Below, piece after piece: positions 9,409 to 19,000 of a stretch of DNA of 64,000 bases. Positions within the stretch are counted from its first letter, which is position 1; each line of letters starts with the position of its first letter. Origin of the DNA: Planctomycetota bacterium (GTDB taxonomy: Bacteria > Planctomycetota > PLA2 > JAEUHO01); assembly GCA_965222115.1 (NCBI GenBank), contig CBDCTJ010000007.1, forward strand, positions 2,688,001-2,752,000. Reading direction: 5' to 3'. The notes under the pieces were generated by a model. It was given only the letters and a program-made list of their open reading frames with translations. It was not told the DNA's origin and made no database searches. The translations under genes and the position numbers were made by a program.

Positions 9409-11514
9409 ATGAGTCTTCGGAATGCGCTTGTTGGCGGCTCGTTATTGGCGGTGCTTGCGCTCGTCGCAATTGGGCTGCGTGCGGGGAACGCGGGTGCCAA
9501 GGACGCGTGGGACTTGGCTTCTCGCGTCCCGGCTTCCACGGTGGCGTACGTGGCAATCGAAGACGTTGCGTCACTGGACGACCAGTTTGCGCAGACCTCA
9601 CTCGGTGAGTTTCTCGATGAACCCGAGATGAAGGCGTTCCTGGCGCCCGTGATTGAGCGCATCAAGCGATTTCGAGACGAATTGACGTCCGACGGGCGCG
9701 AGTCAGGGATGCCGCCCGAGTTGGTTTCGGTGCTAGAGCACGTGCTCACGCTAAAGGGCCAATTGAGTATTGCTCTCTTGGCGTTGGCGCCGGATGGCGG
9801 GCCTCCGTCCTTCGTGGCCAGCTTTGATGCCCAGGGCGATCTCGATGACTTCGTTGAGAGCATGGAACAATTGCGCGCGAGCGTAGATCCCTCGGGCGAA
9901 CGCGTTGCGAGCGAAGCGCGCGAGGGCCGTACCTGGTGGGCGTTAGACAGCGGCGGATTGTCGATGGCGGCAACCACCTTTGGTGCCACGTTCTTAGTTG
10001 GTTCGAGCGTAGAAGCGGTAAAACACGTCATCGATGCCCCACCTTCCGACTCGTTGGCGTTATCAGAAATCTATACGAAGACCTTGGCCCGCATGGGTAC
10101 GGATGCACGCTCACTGGTGCTCTTTGCCAACGCAGAGTCACTCGTCGCCGCGGGGGGTGAACCCGCTCAAGTCGCGGCACGCATATTCGGCGGCGAGGCG
10201 CTGCGCGGATTGGCCTATGGGATGTCGTTCGTTGAACGCGGATTTCGCGACTCTTTTGTAGTTTACGTGCCGAACGCAACCGGGGGTTTGTTCTCGTTGA
10301 TTCAGGCGCGACCGTATCGCGGCGAAACAGTGGCGTTGGCGCCGAAGAACGCCGTGTATTTTTCCGAGGGTTGTATTGTGCTGTCGGATGTAGTTGCAAG
10401 AATCCGTGCGTTCAACGATGAGCTCGACCCCGAAGCGAATCGTGCGGTGGAGCGGTTCGTAGACCGTCTTCGTCGACATCTGGACATAAACATCGAGGAC
10501 GAGGTTCTGTCTCAGCTCGAAGGCGGTTTGGCGAGTTACGTTGCGATGCCAGCCACGGGCGGGTTGTATCCCGAGGTCGTCATCATGGTGAAAGTCAAGG
10601 ATGCACAAACAGCGGCGCCGCGCATGATGCGCCTCGCAGGCGCCATCGCCGGCGCGCTCAACGAGGAAGGCGAAGTCCTCGCGAATGTCGAGTCACGAAC
10701 GTTTCGAGGTAAGCAGCTGCACCTTGTCAAGTTGCAAGCCGCTAAGGGCGACGACCTCGTCCCGCTAACGCCTACGTGGTCATTCATCGGCGATTGGATG
10801 GTGCTGAGTTTGGTCCCTCACACCATGAAGGAGCTGATTCTCCGCCACGAAGCCAAGGGCGAATCCCTTGCAGCCAACACGGAGTTTCAGCGATTGGTCA
10901 AGAGCCGACCCGCGCACACGTCGTTCGTGACCTATTACGACACGGCGGCAATGATGCGCATGCTTTATGATACCGCCGTGCCGTTGCTCCAAGCCGCGGG
11001 CAAGCCCAATATGCTGCCACGCGATTTCCCAATGCTCGACTTTACGAAGCTTCCTGCGGCGCGCGTAGTGAACAAGTATTTTGACGGCACGATGACATTT
11101 ACAACAATCGATGGAAAGGGGCTGGCAGTCTCTGTGCAGGGACCCATGCCAATGATCATGAGCCAATACACCTTCTTGCTCGCAGTTGCGGTCGGAATGA
11201 ACGTCGTGCGCGCATTGCCGCTCGGCGATCAAAAGGACGAGCTTGCAAGGACGCAGCTCTTTGCGTTCCGAAACGCAGTCAGTATGTACAAGCTTATGAA
11301 TAAGCGACTCCCCACATCGCTTGACGACCTCACGAAACCGGATGCGGACGGTGAGCGGTTCTTAGGTGACGACCGCATACCTCTGGATCCTTGGGGGCGC
11401 CCGTACATGTATCTTGCGACCGACCGAGCGTTTTCCATTGCATCTGCCGGGCCCGATGGAAAGTTCGGGACCGAGGACGACATCGCCTATCCAACGGAGA
11501 GTCGCACGAAGTGA
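9409..11514 (+). CDS. paralog of upstream gene: DUF3352-like plus GspG-like C-terminal domain
   Basis: shares EPEM..FL, TPTWSF.GDWM, YDTAVPLLQ, GPMPMIM with upstream gene; C-terminal IPLDPWGRPYMY..SAGPDGKFGTEDDI. Confidence 0.75.
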   Translation: MSLRNALVGGSLLAVLALVAIGLRAGNAGAKDAWDLASRVPASTVAYVAIEDVASLDDQFAQTSLGEFLDEPEMKAFLAPVIERIKRFRDELTSDGRESGMPPELVSVLEHVLTLKGQLSIALLALAPDGGPPSFVASFDAQGDLDDFVESMEQLRASVDPSGERVASEAREGRTWWALDSGGLSMAATTFGATFLVGSSVEAVKHVIDAPPSDSLALSEIYTKTLARMGTDARSLVLFANAESLVAAGGEPAQVAARIFGGEALRGLAYGMSFVERGFRDSFVVYVPNATGGLFSLIQARPYRGETVALAPKNAVYFSEGCIVLSDVVARIRAFNDELDPEANRAVERFVDRLRRHLDINIEDEVLSQLEGGLASYVAMPATGGLYPEVVIMVKVKDAQTAAPRMMRLAGAIAGALNEEGEVLANVESRTFRGKQLHLVKLQAAKGDDLVPLTPTWSFIGDWMVLSLVPHTMKELILRHEAKGESLAANTEFQRLVKSRPAHTSFVTYYDTAAMMRMLYDTAVPLLQAAGKPNMLPRDFPMLDFTKLPAARVVNKYFDGTMTFTTIDGKGLAVSVQGPMPMIMSQYTFLLAVAVGMNVVRALPLGDQKDELARTQLFAFRNAVSMYKLMNKRLPTSLDDLTKPDADGERFLGDDRIPLDPWGRPYMYLATDRAFSIASAGPDGKFGTEDDIAYPTESRTK

Positions 11515-11903
11515 GTAACTTGAGCGACAGCACGCCGCGCCTCAAGTTCGGCGTCTTGAAATGGGTCGCCCTGGTATTCGTTGTAGGTATGGCAATCGCC
11601 GTGCTGGGGCCCAATGTCTGGAACGGCAAGCAAAGCAAGAAGAGTCTGGCCAAGTCTCAGATTATTTTGTTTCGTGATGCATTGAGTCAATTCCGTCTAA
11701 AACATGAGCGACTTCCTGGCACACTTGATGAACTTGTGCGCGTCGGGCTGCTCAACGAAGATCCCGTTCCCGCAGATCCATGGGGGAATCCCTATTTGTA
11801 TCGCTCTGAGGATCGCACGTTCTACATTGCAAGCGCCGGCCCCGACGGCATATTTGAGAACGAGGACGACATCGTGTATCCAGAACTGAGGCACAACGGA
11901 TGA
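11511..11903 (+). CDS. T2SS GspG-like pseudopilin
   Basis: GTGA overlap; one TM; AKSQI..ALSQFRL..PADPWGNPYLY..SAGPDG..EDDI. Confidence 0.75.
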   Translation: MSNLSDSTPRLKFGVLKWVALVFVVGMAIAVLGPNVWNGKQSKKSLAKSQIILFRDALSQFRLKHERLPGTLDELVRVGLLNEDPVPADPWGNPYLYRSEDRTFYIASAGPDGIFENEDDIVYPELRHNG

Positions 11904-12970
11904 GTCGCTCGGGCGCCAGTGCACCCCGCGTGCCCGAAGGGATGCACGCAGCCGACTTCCGAAGCGATACGGTAACCAAACCATCGCAGGCCATGCGCGG
12001 CGCCATGGCCGCGGCGTTGGTCGGGGACGATGTGTTTGCCGACGATCCCACGGTGCTTGAACTTGAGCGCGAAGTCGCTGCGATGTTTGGGAAAGAGGCG
12101 TCGCTCTTTGTGCCGTCGGGAACACAAGGCAATCAGATCGCGGTGCGATTGCACACACGACCCGGTCAGGAAGTGGTCGTGGGGGAGAACAGCCACACAC
12201 TCGATTGGGAGCTTGCCGGTTTGGCGGCACTCTCCGGTGTGCAGGCCCGCGCAATTCCGGCGCCGGCGGGTCGTGTCGATGTTGATGCGGCGCGCATGAC
12301 TTTGCGTCACGCGGGAGGATTCCGACCCGCGTGTCGTCTACTCATTGTTGAGAACACACACAACTTCTGCGGTGGTGCAGTGGTTCCCTTGGATCACATG
12401 CGTGCCCTTTGGGATGCAGTTGTTGATGCAGGCGCCACGCTCCACATCGACGGCGCGCGCATTTGGAACGCGTCAGTCGCTAGCGACACGACGTTGGCCG
12501 ACTATGGCGCACTCTGTCACACCATGATGGTCTGTCTTAGCAAGGGGATCGGGGCGCCCATTGGTTCACTTTTGCTCGGCACCGAAGCGGCAATGACCGA
12601 GGCGCGCGAGATTCGCAAGCTCTTGGGAGGGGGCATGCGGCAGACGGGGGTGCTTGCGGCACCGGCCTTGGTGGGTCTTAAGGATTATCGCGAACGGCTG
12701 GCCGAGGATCATCGACGTGCGAGTGCTCTCGGTTCCGCGCTCGATTCGCTTGCCTCCGTCTCATTGCCTCTGGGCATGCCCGAGACCAACATATTGTTCG
12801 TTCAAGTCAACAATCACGATGCGCGCGAGGTTCAATCAGCGTTGGCGGGGGAAGGCGTGTTGGCCGTGGCGACAGCGATCGACAGGTTGCGGTTTGTCAC
12901 GCACTGCGATGTGAACGATGATGACGTCAAGCGTGCGGTGAGCGCCATGGCGTCGGCGCTGTCGGACTAG
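11900..12970 (+). CDS. ltaE: low-specificity L-threonine aldolase
   Basis: DFRSDTVTKP, GDDVFADDPT, PSGTQGN, HIDGARIWNA, CLSKGIGAP. Confidence 0.93.
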   Translation: MSRSGASAPRVPEGMHAADFRSDTVTKPSQAMRGAMAAALVGDDVFADDPTVLELEREVAAMFGKEASLFVPSGTQGNQIAVRLHTRPGQEVVVGENSHTLDWELAGLAALSGVQARAIPAPAGRVDVDAARMTLRHAGGFRPACRLLIVENTHNFCGGAVVPLDHMRALWDAVVDAGATLHIDGARIWNASVASDTTLADYGALCHTMMVCLSKGIGAPIGSLLLGTEAAMTEAREIRKLLGGGMRQTGVLAAPALVGLKDYRERLAEDHRRASALGSALDSLASVSLPLGMPETNILFVQVNNHDAREVQSALAGEGVLAVATAIDRLRFVTHCDVNDDDVKRAVSAMASALSD

Positions 12971-12979
12971 CACGGCGTC

Positions 12980-14140
12980 GTGGCGCGTGGTTCCCAAGCA
13001 GGGTGCGACGTCCTTCGATTTATTACGCGCCTCAATGTCGGAGGTCCGCTGCGACAACTCGAAGCGCTCTGCCCCGGGTTGGCGGAAACACATTGGCGCG
13101 GCCCCGTCATCCACGGCAGGGTCGAACCCCACGAAACAGACGGTGCGCATCGACTGCGCGAGCGCGGTGTGCATTTGATTTCGCTGCCAGGCCTCGCGCG
13201 CGGCATCCAACCTGTGACGGATCTCGTCACCCTTCGCCGCGCGTTGGGTGTCGTGCGTCGTTTGCGCCCACGCATTTTGCATTCGCATACATTCAAAGCC
13301 GGCGCGCTTGCGCGCGCGGTTGGGCGCATTGAGGGCATACCTACGGTCCACACGTTTCACGGACATCATTTTCTTGAACCGGGCGTTCGTGGCCGCGCGA
13401 TTCGCATGATTGAGCGTGGACTGATTCCTGCGCCGGATCATTTGATCGCACTCTCCACGCGTCAGCGCCGTGACTTAGCGCGTGTGTTTGGCGATTCCGT
13501 TCCGATCCATGTGATTTCACCGGGCATTTCCCTTCGAGCGCTGCACATCGACGCGATGGAAGAGGTGGACGACACGCCGTGGTCGAATCCGCGTGCCATG
13601 AAGTGGATTTGGACGGGCCGCATGGTTGGCGTGAAACGACTGCGCATATTGTTGGAAGCGCTCTCCAAGACCAAGCACACGCACGAGTTGTTGCTGATCG
13701 GGGATGGCCCCGAACGACCTGCTATAGGGGAGGCTGCGCGCGCCATGGGACTCGAACATCTCGTGATGTTCGCCGGTGCACTGCCTATCGCCGATGTGCC
13801 CCGCCTTGTCGCGCGGGCCGATGCGTTTGTGTTGAGCTCGCGATCCGAAGGAACACCGATTTCGGTGATCGAGGCCATGGCACTTGGCGTGCCGCCGGTC
13901 GTGCCCACGGTGGGAGGGCTGCCCGACGTGGTGGCGCACGAACGCACCGGCCTGTGGTTTGCCCCGGGCGACACACGTGACCTGGCGCGCGCCATGGATC
14001 GACTGGCCACACATCCGACGTTGCGCTTTCGACTCGGTGCGGCAGCACGAGAAGCGGCCCATGAACGATTTTCCGCGGCGCGTTTGGTCGCTGATACGTG
14101 TGCGCTCTACGACGAGGTCGCTGCGGGCGCCCACGCCTGA
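12980..14140 (+). CDS. glycosyltransferase family 4
   Basis: ITRLNVGGP, HTFKAG, HTFHGH, SRSEGTPISVIEAMA. Confidence 0.92.
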   Translation: MARGSQAGCDVLRFITRLNVGGPLRQLEALCPGLAETHWRGPVIHGRVEPHETDGAHRLRERGVHLISLPGLARGIQPVTDLVTLRRALGVVRRLRPRILHSHTFKAGALARAVGRIEGIPTVHTFHGHHFLEPGVRGRAIRMIERGLIPAPDHLIALSTRQRRDLARVFGDSVPIHVISPGISLRALHIDAMEEVDDTPWSNPRAMKWIWTGRMVGVKRLRILLEALSKTKHTHELLLIGDGPERPAIGEAARAMGLEHLVMFAGALPIADVPRLVARADAFVLSSRSEGTPISVIEAMALGVPPVVPTVGGLPDVVAHERTGLWFAPGDTRDLARAMDRLATHPTLRFRLGAAAREAAHERFSAARLVADTCALYDEVAAGAHA

Positions 14141-14153
14141 GTACGATGGGCCC

Positions 14154-15119
14154 ATGACGTCAAGTCCCTCGCCCCATCCGCTTCGCGATCCTTCGTTGAA
14201 ATCCCCCGACGCCCCGCGCGAGCGGTTGGCGCCCTGGCTCAAGAAGCGCCTTCCCCGCGGCAACGAAGTCGCCGACGTTCGCAAGCTGATGGACGATTTG
14301 GAGCTGCACACCGTTTGTCAGAGTGCGCGCTGTCCCAACCTCAATGAGTGTTGGTCGCGCAGTGCGGCCACGTTCATGATCATGGGCGATATCTGCACGC
14401 GCACGTGTCGGTTCTGCACGGTGCCCAAGGGCAAACCGTTGCCGCTCGATCAAGATGAACCAACGAAAGTGGCTGAGGCCGCGGCGAAACTCAATCTGCG
14501 GCACGTCGTTGTGACGAGCGTGGATCGCGACGAGCTTCCCGATCAGGGCGCAGCGCATTTCGCGAAGACCATTCGCGCCATTCGTGAGCGCCTACCTGAA
14601 GCGGTCATCGAAGTATTGACGCCCGACTTTCGTGGCGAGGAATCTTGCATCGATATCGTTTGCAATGCACGCCCCGACATCTTCAATCACAATTTGGAGA
14701 CCGTGCCGCGGCTCTACAAACGCGTGCGTCCTGGTGCTGGCTACGAGCGCAGTCTGCGCCTCTTGGAGCGCGTCAAGGAGACCGACGACACGATCTTTAC
14801 AAAGTCGGGGCTCATGCTCGGGCTTGGTGAATCGAGCGACGATCTGTTGAGGGTCCTGCGTGATTTGCGCAAGGTCAAGGTCGATATCCTCACGTTGGGG
14901 CAGTACTTGCGACCGAGCTTGGCTCAGCTTCCGGTGGAGCGTTTCATTCCGCCAGAGGAGTTTTCGTCGTGGGAAACGAGAGCGTACGAACTTGGCTTTC
15001 TTTCGGCCGCGTGCGGTCCGTTCGTGCGCTCGTCCTACAACGCCGACAAAGTCTACGAAGTGCTTGGATCACGGTCCGGTGCAGGCAGCCACACAGTTGA
15101 AGGCAATGTAGCCAAGTGA
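14154..15119 (+). CDS. lipA: lipoyl synthase
   Basis: CQSARCPNLNEC, CTRTCRFC, FNHNLETV, GQYLRP, VRSSY. Confidence 0.97.
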   Translation: MTSSPSPHPLRDPSLKSPDAPRERLAPWLKKRLPRGNEVADVRKLMDDLELHTVCQSARCPNLNECWSRSAATFMIMGDICTRTCRFCTVPKGKPLPLDQDEPTKVAEAAAKLNLRHVVVTSVDRDELPDQGAAHFAKTIRAIRERLPEAVIEVLTPDFRGEESCIDIVCNARPDIFNHNLETVPRLYKRVRPGAGYERSLRLLERVKETDDTIFTKSGLMLGLGESSDDLLRVLRDLRKVKVDILTLGQYLRPSLAQLPVERFIPPEEFSSWETRAYELGFLSAACGPFVRSSYNADKVYEVLGSRSGAGSHTVEGNVAK

Positions 15120-16399
15120 GCGAGCGCGTCTGCTACATCGATGCGCCTGCCGGACTGTCCGGCGATATGTTTCTCGGCGCGTTGATCGACGCGGGTCTTT
15201 CGCCGGACGTACTAACAGCATTGCCCGCGCGACTTGGGCTTCCCCATGTCGAAGTACGAATCACCAAGACCGAGCGTGCCGCGTTCGCCGCGACCAAAGT
15301 CGATGTACTCGTAAACGACAAACACGTCACGCCCGCGATCGATGTTCACCAACGTGCCTTCGATTCACATGACGGGCACGACCACGACCACGGTCACAAT
15401 CACGTGCACCGCACCCTCGCCGATGTCCTGCACATCTTGAGCCACGCCGGTTCACTTGAAATCGGTCCGCTTGCGACGGCCGCGCGCGCCTTTCGGTTGC
15501 TTGCCGAAGCCGAGGCGGCTGTTCATGGCACCGACGTCGAGCGCGTTCATTTTCACGAAGTCGGCGCGGCTGACGCGATTGTCGATATCGCCGGTACGTG
15601 CATTGGATTCGCAGAGCTTGGCGTGTCTCGACTTGCGGTATCGCCCCTGCCTTGGGGCACCGGGACCGTACACGGCGCCCACGGTGAGATGCCGATTCCC
15701 GCTCCTGCAACCGTGCGATTGCTAACAGGACTGGCGACGTTTCCAAGTGGCGAGACGTATGAGCAAGTAACGCCCACCGGCGCGGCTCTTGTGCGTGCAC
15801 TCGTTACCGACGAGGCGCTCCCCAACGATTTTTGCCCGGAGCACGTGGGCATGGGCGCTGGTCATCATCCCGGTGGGCGGCTTGCGAACGTCTTGCGTCT
15901 CGTCATAGGTACCGTTGCCACTATCCGCAAGCCGGAAGCCGGCGAAGCCTTACTACTTGAAACCAATCTCGACGATTGCACGGGTGAGCAGATGGGCTAT
16001 GTCATTGAACGTGCACTCGCACTCGGCGCACTCGATGCGTGGGCTACTCCGTCCACGATGAAGAAAGGGCGCCCGGGCGTCGTGTTGAGCGTTCTCACCA
16101 ATCGAGCCCATCGCGAAACACTCGAAGCACTACTGTTCGAAGAAACCACCACCCTTGGCATTCGCGCGAGCACCGTGACGCGTTCAACGCTCCCACGACG
16201 TCTGCAGCAAGTCATGACGCCGTGGGGGCTAGTACAAGTCAAAGTACGTACACTGCCTTCGGGCGAAGAACGTGCATCGCCCGAGTATGAGGACTGTGCA
16301 ACGATTGCGCACACACACGGTGTGGCCCTACGCGACGTCATGGACGCCGCCATGCTTGCGTACCGAGAGGTAGCTACGTCGACATCGAACGAATCGTAG
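15116..16399 (+). CDS. larC: nickel pincer cofactor biosynthesis protein LarC
   Basis: GLSGDMFLGAL, His-rich HDGHDHDHGHNHVH, VHFHEVGAADAIVDI, LETNLDD, MKKGRPG, PEYED. Confidence 0.93.
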   Translation: MSERVCYIDAPAGLSGDMFLGALIDAGLSPDVLTALPARLGLPHVEVRITKTERAAFAATKVDVLVNDKHVTPAIDVHQRAFDSHDGHDHDHGHNHVHRTLADVLHILSHAGSLEIGPLATAARAFRLLAEAEAAVHGTDVERVHFHEVGAADAIVDIAGTCIGFAELGVSRLAVSPLPWGTGTVHGAHGEMPIPAPATVRLLTGLATFPSGETYEQVTPTGAALVRALVTDEALPNDFCPEHVGMGAGHHPGGRLANVLRLVIGTVATIRKPEAGEALLLETNLDDCTGEQMGYVIERALALGALDAWATPSTMKKGRPGVVLSVLTNRAHRETLEALLFEETTTLGIRASTVTRSTLPRRLQQVMTPWGLVQVKVRTLPSGEERASPEYEDCATIAHTHGVALRDVMDAAMLAYREVATSTSNES

Positions 16400-17471
16400 A
16401 CTCGATAGCGGCCAAGCACGGATCCAACGTCTCGACATCGAGTCCAAATGAGATGCGTATTGCGTCGGGGAGTTGGAAGTACTCGCCGGGAATTGCGATG
16501 ACGTCGTGTTGCGCGCGCAACGCGTCACAGAATGCATGTGAAGCAATACCCTGCTTGAGTGCGTCGATAAACAACACACCGGTGATGCCGCCATGAGGCT
16601 GGGTCCAGGACACGCCTTCCGTAGCCTCGACCCAAGCGTTCACGCGACGTGCGCGCTTAAAGCCCAGTCGTCGTGCATTGGCCGCATGTCCTGGGGCATC
16701 GCGAAGATAGGCCGCGGCGTGCAGCATAGGTTCGGGCGGTAGCACAGGGCACACCAAGTCATCCCATTCGGCAAGGCGCGTAATCACGTCAGGCGCGGCC
16801 AGCGTCCAACCGAATCGCAAGTGCTGCCGTCCGTGGACTTTGGTCAGACTATTCGTTACGACGAAACGAGGATGGCGCAGAGCGGCGGAGGGGCGCTCCA
16901 CGGGATCAAAGTCGGCATAGACCTCGTCGACCAATACATGCGCGTCGTATTTGTCGGCAATTCGTCCGAGCGCCTCGTAGTCCTCATCCGTTATGCGGCA
17001 GCCGCTTGGATTGTGTAGGTCCGTTACTGCAATCAGGTCCACGCCGCGCCGCGCTTCGTTCTCAAGCGCATCCAGATCGAATTTCCAATCGTTCTTTGGA
17101 TCGCGTTCTACGAACGCGAGATCGGCATTCACCGCACCCGCGAGTCGATGCAACGCCTCATAGGCCGGCCGTTCGGCAATCACGCGACCCGACTTCGCCA
17201 GCGCCAAGTAACAAACAAAGTTGGCGTGCGATGAGCCGCATGTGAGGTGAATTTGATCGTGCCCGACGTTGTATAGCTCGCCGAGGCGTGATTTTGCAGC
17301 CGTCGCGGGGCTGCCGTCCTTGGCCCACGAAGGGGCGTCATCCGGCAGCGGCATGCCACTCAACCCCATGGTGCGTGGGTGGGGTTCCACGAGATTTTGC
17401 TTCGCAAAGCGCATGTACGGAAACGGCGCATCGGCGTGTGGCATCCCGTCAGACGGCGACGAATGGCGCAT
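16374..17471 (-). CDS. PLP-dependent aminotransferase class I/II
   Basis: LHNPSG, VDEVY, SLTKVHG..LRFGW; GGAGG SD before ATG 17471; 26-bp convergent overlap with larC. Confidence 0.88.
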   Translation of the reverse strand: MRHSSPSDGMPHADAPFPYMRFAKQNLVEPHPRTMGLSGMPLPDDAPSWAKDGSPATAAKSRLGELYNVGHDQIHLTCGSSHANFVCYLALAKSGRVIAERPAYEALHRLAGAVNADLAFVERDPKNDWKFDLDALENEARRGVDLIAVTDLHNPSGCRITDEDYEALGRIADKYDAHVLVDEVYADFDPVERPSAALRHPRFVVTNSLTKVHGRQHLRFGWTLAAPDVITRLAEWDDLVCPVLPPEPMLHAAAYLRDAPGHAANARRLGFKRARRVNAWVEATEGVSWTQPHGGITGVLFIDALKQGIASHAFCDALRAQHDVIAIPGEYFQLPDAIRISFGLDVETLDPCLAAIESTIRSMST

Positions 17472-17569
17472 TGGACCCTCCCAGGCTGATGCAATCATAG
17501 ATGCACGCGGCCGCCGCCGAGAGTCCTGTGTCCTGAATACAATGGCGGTGTCCAGGAGACGAATCCGCA

Positions 17570-19000
17570 ATGTACGGAGGCTTCACGATGGCCATGCCCA
17601 CATGCCGATCCGCTCGCCCATGCATCGCAATGGGGACCCTTGTCGCTATCGCCGTCTTGGCCATCAGCAGCCTTGTTTGGGCCGACGTACCAGGCGAGTC
17701 GCCAACGGAGGCACCCAAGAAGGTCGATGCACCTGAGTCAGAGAAGGACGCACCGAAGAAAGAGAATGCCGCCACTAACAAAGAAGACGTATCGGGCGCG
17801 AAGCCAGAGGGTGAAACCAAAGATCCTCTCGCGCAGCCCTTAGATGCCCCCAAGCCGCCTAAGGACGTGGAGCCGCCTAGCAAGACGCGTGTTGTGGTGC
17901 CGAAGGGGCCGGACAAGAACGCGGACGGAATCATCGGTATCGTGCGCGGACAAAATGTGAATCTGCGCGTGGGTCCGCGCCGAGGACCGCATCGAATTGC
18001 GCAACTCAACCGCGGCGCGGTCGTCGTCATTGTTGAGCGAATTGATGACTGGTTGGGCATACATGTACCGGTTGGATTTCCTGCCGTCGCGTCCATGCGT
18101 TATCTAAAGCCGGTGGCCGAAGGTCGCGTGCAGATCGATGCCACCAATCTCAATTTGCGGGTGGCGATTCCCGGTTCAGGTAGGGCAGCGCCCCCTGCAT
18201 TTCGCGACCACCCCAAGCCTGGTGCTGTCGTTCCCGTGATTCGAACGGAGGGGGATTGGGCCTGGGTGTTGGCTCCCGAGTATGTCCGCGCCTACATCAG
18301 CGCGCGCTATGTGAAGGAACTGGGTCCTGCTCGCGAGCACCAAGACGTTCTCGCCAAGGCCCGCGAGTTTCGCAAGAAGAACATTGCGATTCTTGATGCG
18401 CGTCGCAAAGAGCACGTTTCACGCGTATCGGCCAATCGACTGCGCGAAGTCATCGGACACGTGCAGCGTGAGTTGGCAGAACTACGCCGCAAGAACACCC
18501 TCGATCAAGCGCCGGTCATCGCGTTGAGGGATCACTTACGCGATGGACTTAAGGCGCACGCAAGTGCATTACCCCGCGTGCGGCGACTTGCAACTGCGAT
18601 GTATTTAGACCTGGAGGCCGAAGCTGCGCTGCGCGCGGCACGTGCCGACGAAGCCCTGGCCAGCGGGCCACCTACCGGGAAGGCCAGTCCAGCACCAAGA
18701 AAGCCGACACCGCACGCTGTGGGGCCCGTGGCCCTCACAGGTATCCCGCGTTTTGAACCCACGGAAAACAATCAGGGCGAATGGGTCCTGTGGCAGCGCG
18801 AGGCACCTTCCCACGTATTGCGTCCTGCACCGGGCGTGAATGTGAGCTTTCCCGATTTGCGCCGCTACGACGGAAAGCAAACCAAAGTCGTGGGCAAGCA
18901 GACCAAGCATCGTGTATTCGGCTTGCCGCTCGTCATGGTCCACACGCTTGAGCCGTTGCCCGAACCCGTCGTTCGAAAGAACCCCACCGGCACGCGTTAA
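17570..19000 (+). CDS. exported SH3-domain protein
   Basis: signal peptide, low-complexity linker, two VNLR/LNLR..W bacterial SH3 repeats; start codon uncertain. Confidence 0.75.
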   Translation: MYGGFTMAMPTCRSARPCIAMGTLVAIAVLAISSLVWADVPGESPTEAPKKVDAPESEKDAPKKENAATNKEDVSGAKPEGETKDPLAQPLDAPKPPKDVEPPSKTRVVVPKGPDKNADGIIGIVRGQNVNLRVGPRRGPHRIAQLNRGAVVVIVERIDDWLGIHVPVGFPAVASMRYLKPVAEGRVQIDATNLNLRVAIPGSGRAAPPAFRDHPKPGAVVPVIRTEGDWAWVLAPEYVRAYISARYVKELGPAREHQDVLAKAREFRKKNIAILDARRKEHVSRVSANRLREVIGHVQRELAELRRKNTLDQAPVIALRDHLRDGLKAHASALPRVRRLATAMYLDLEAEAALRAARADEALASGPPTGKASPAPRKPTPHAVGPVALTGIPRFEPTENNQGEWVLWQREAPSHVLRPAPGVNVSFPDLRRYDGKQTKVVGKQTKHRVFGLPLVMVHTLEPLPEPVVRKNPTGTR

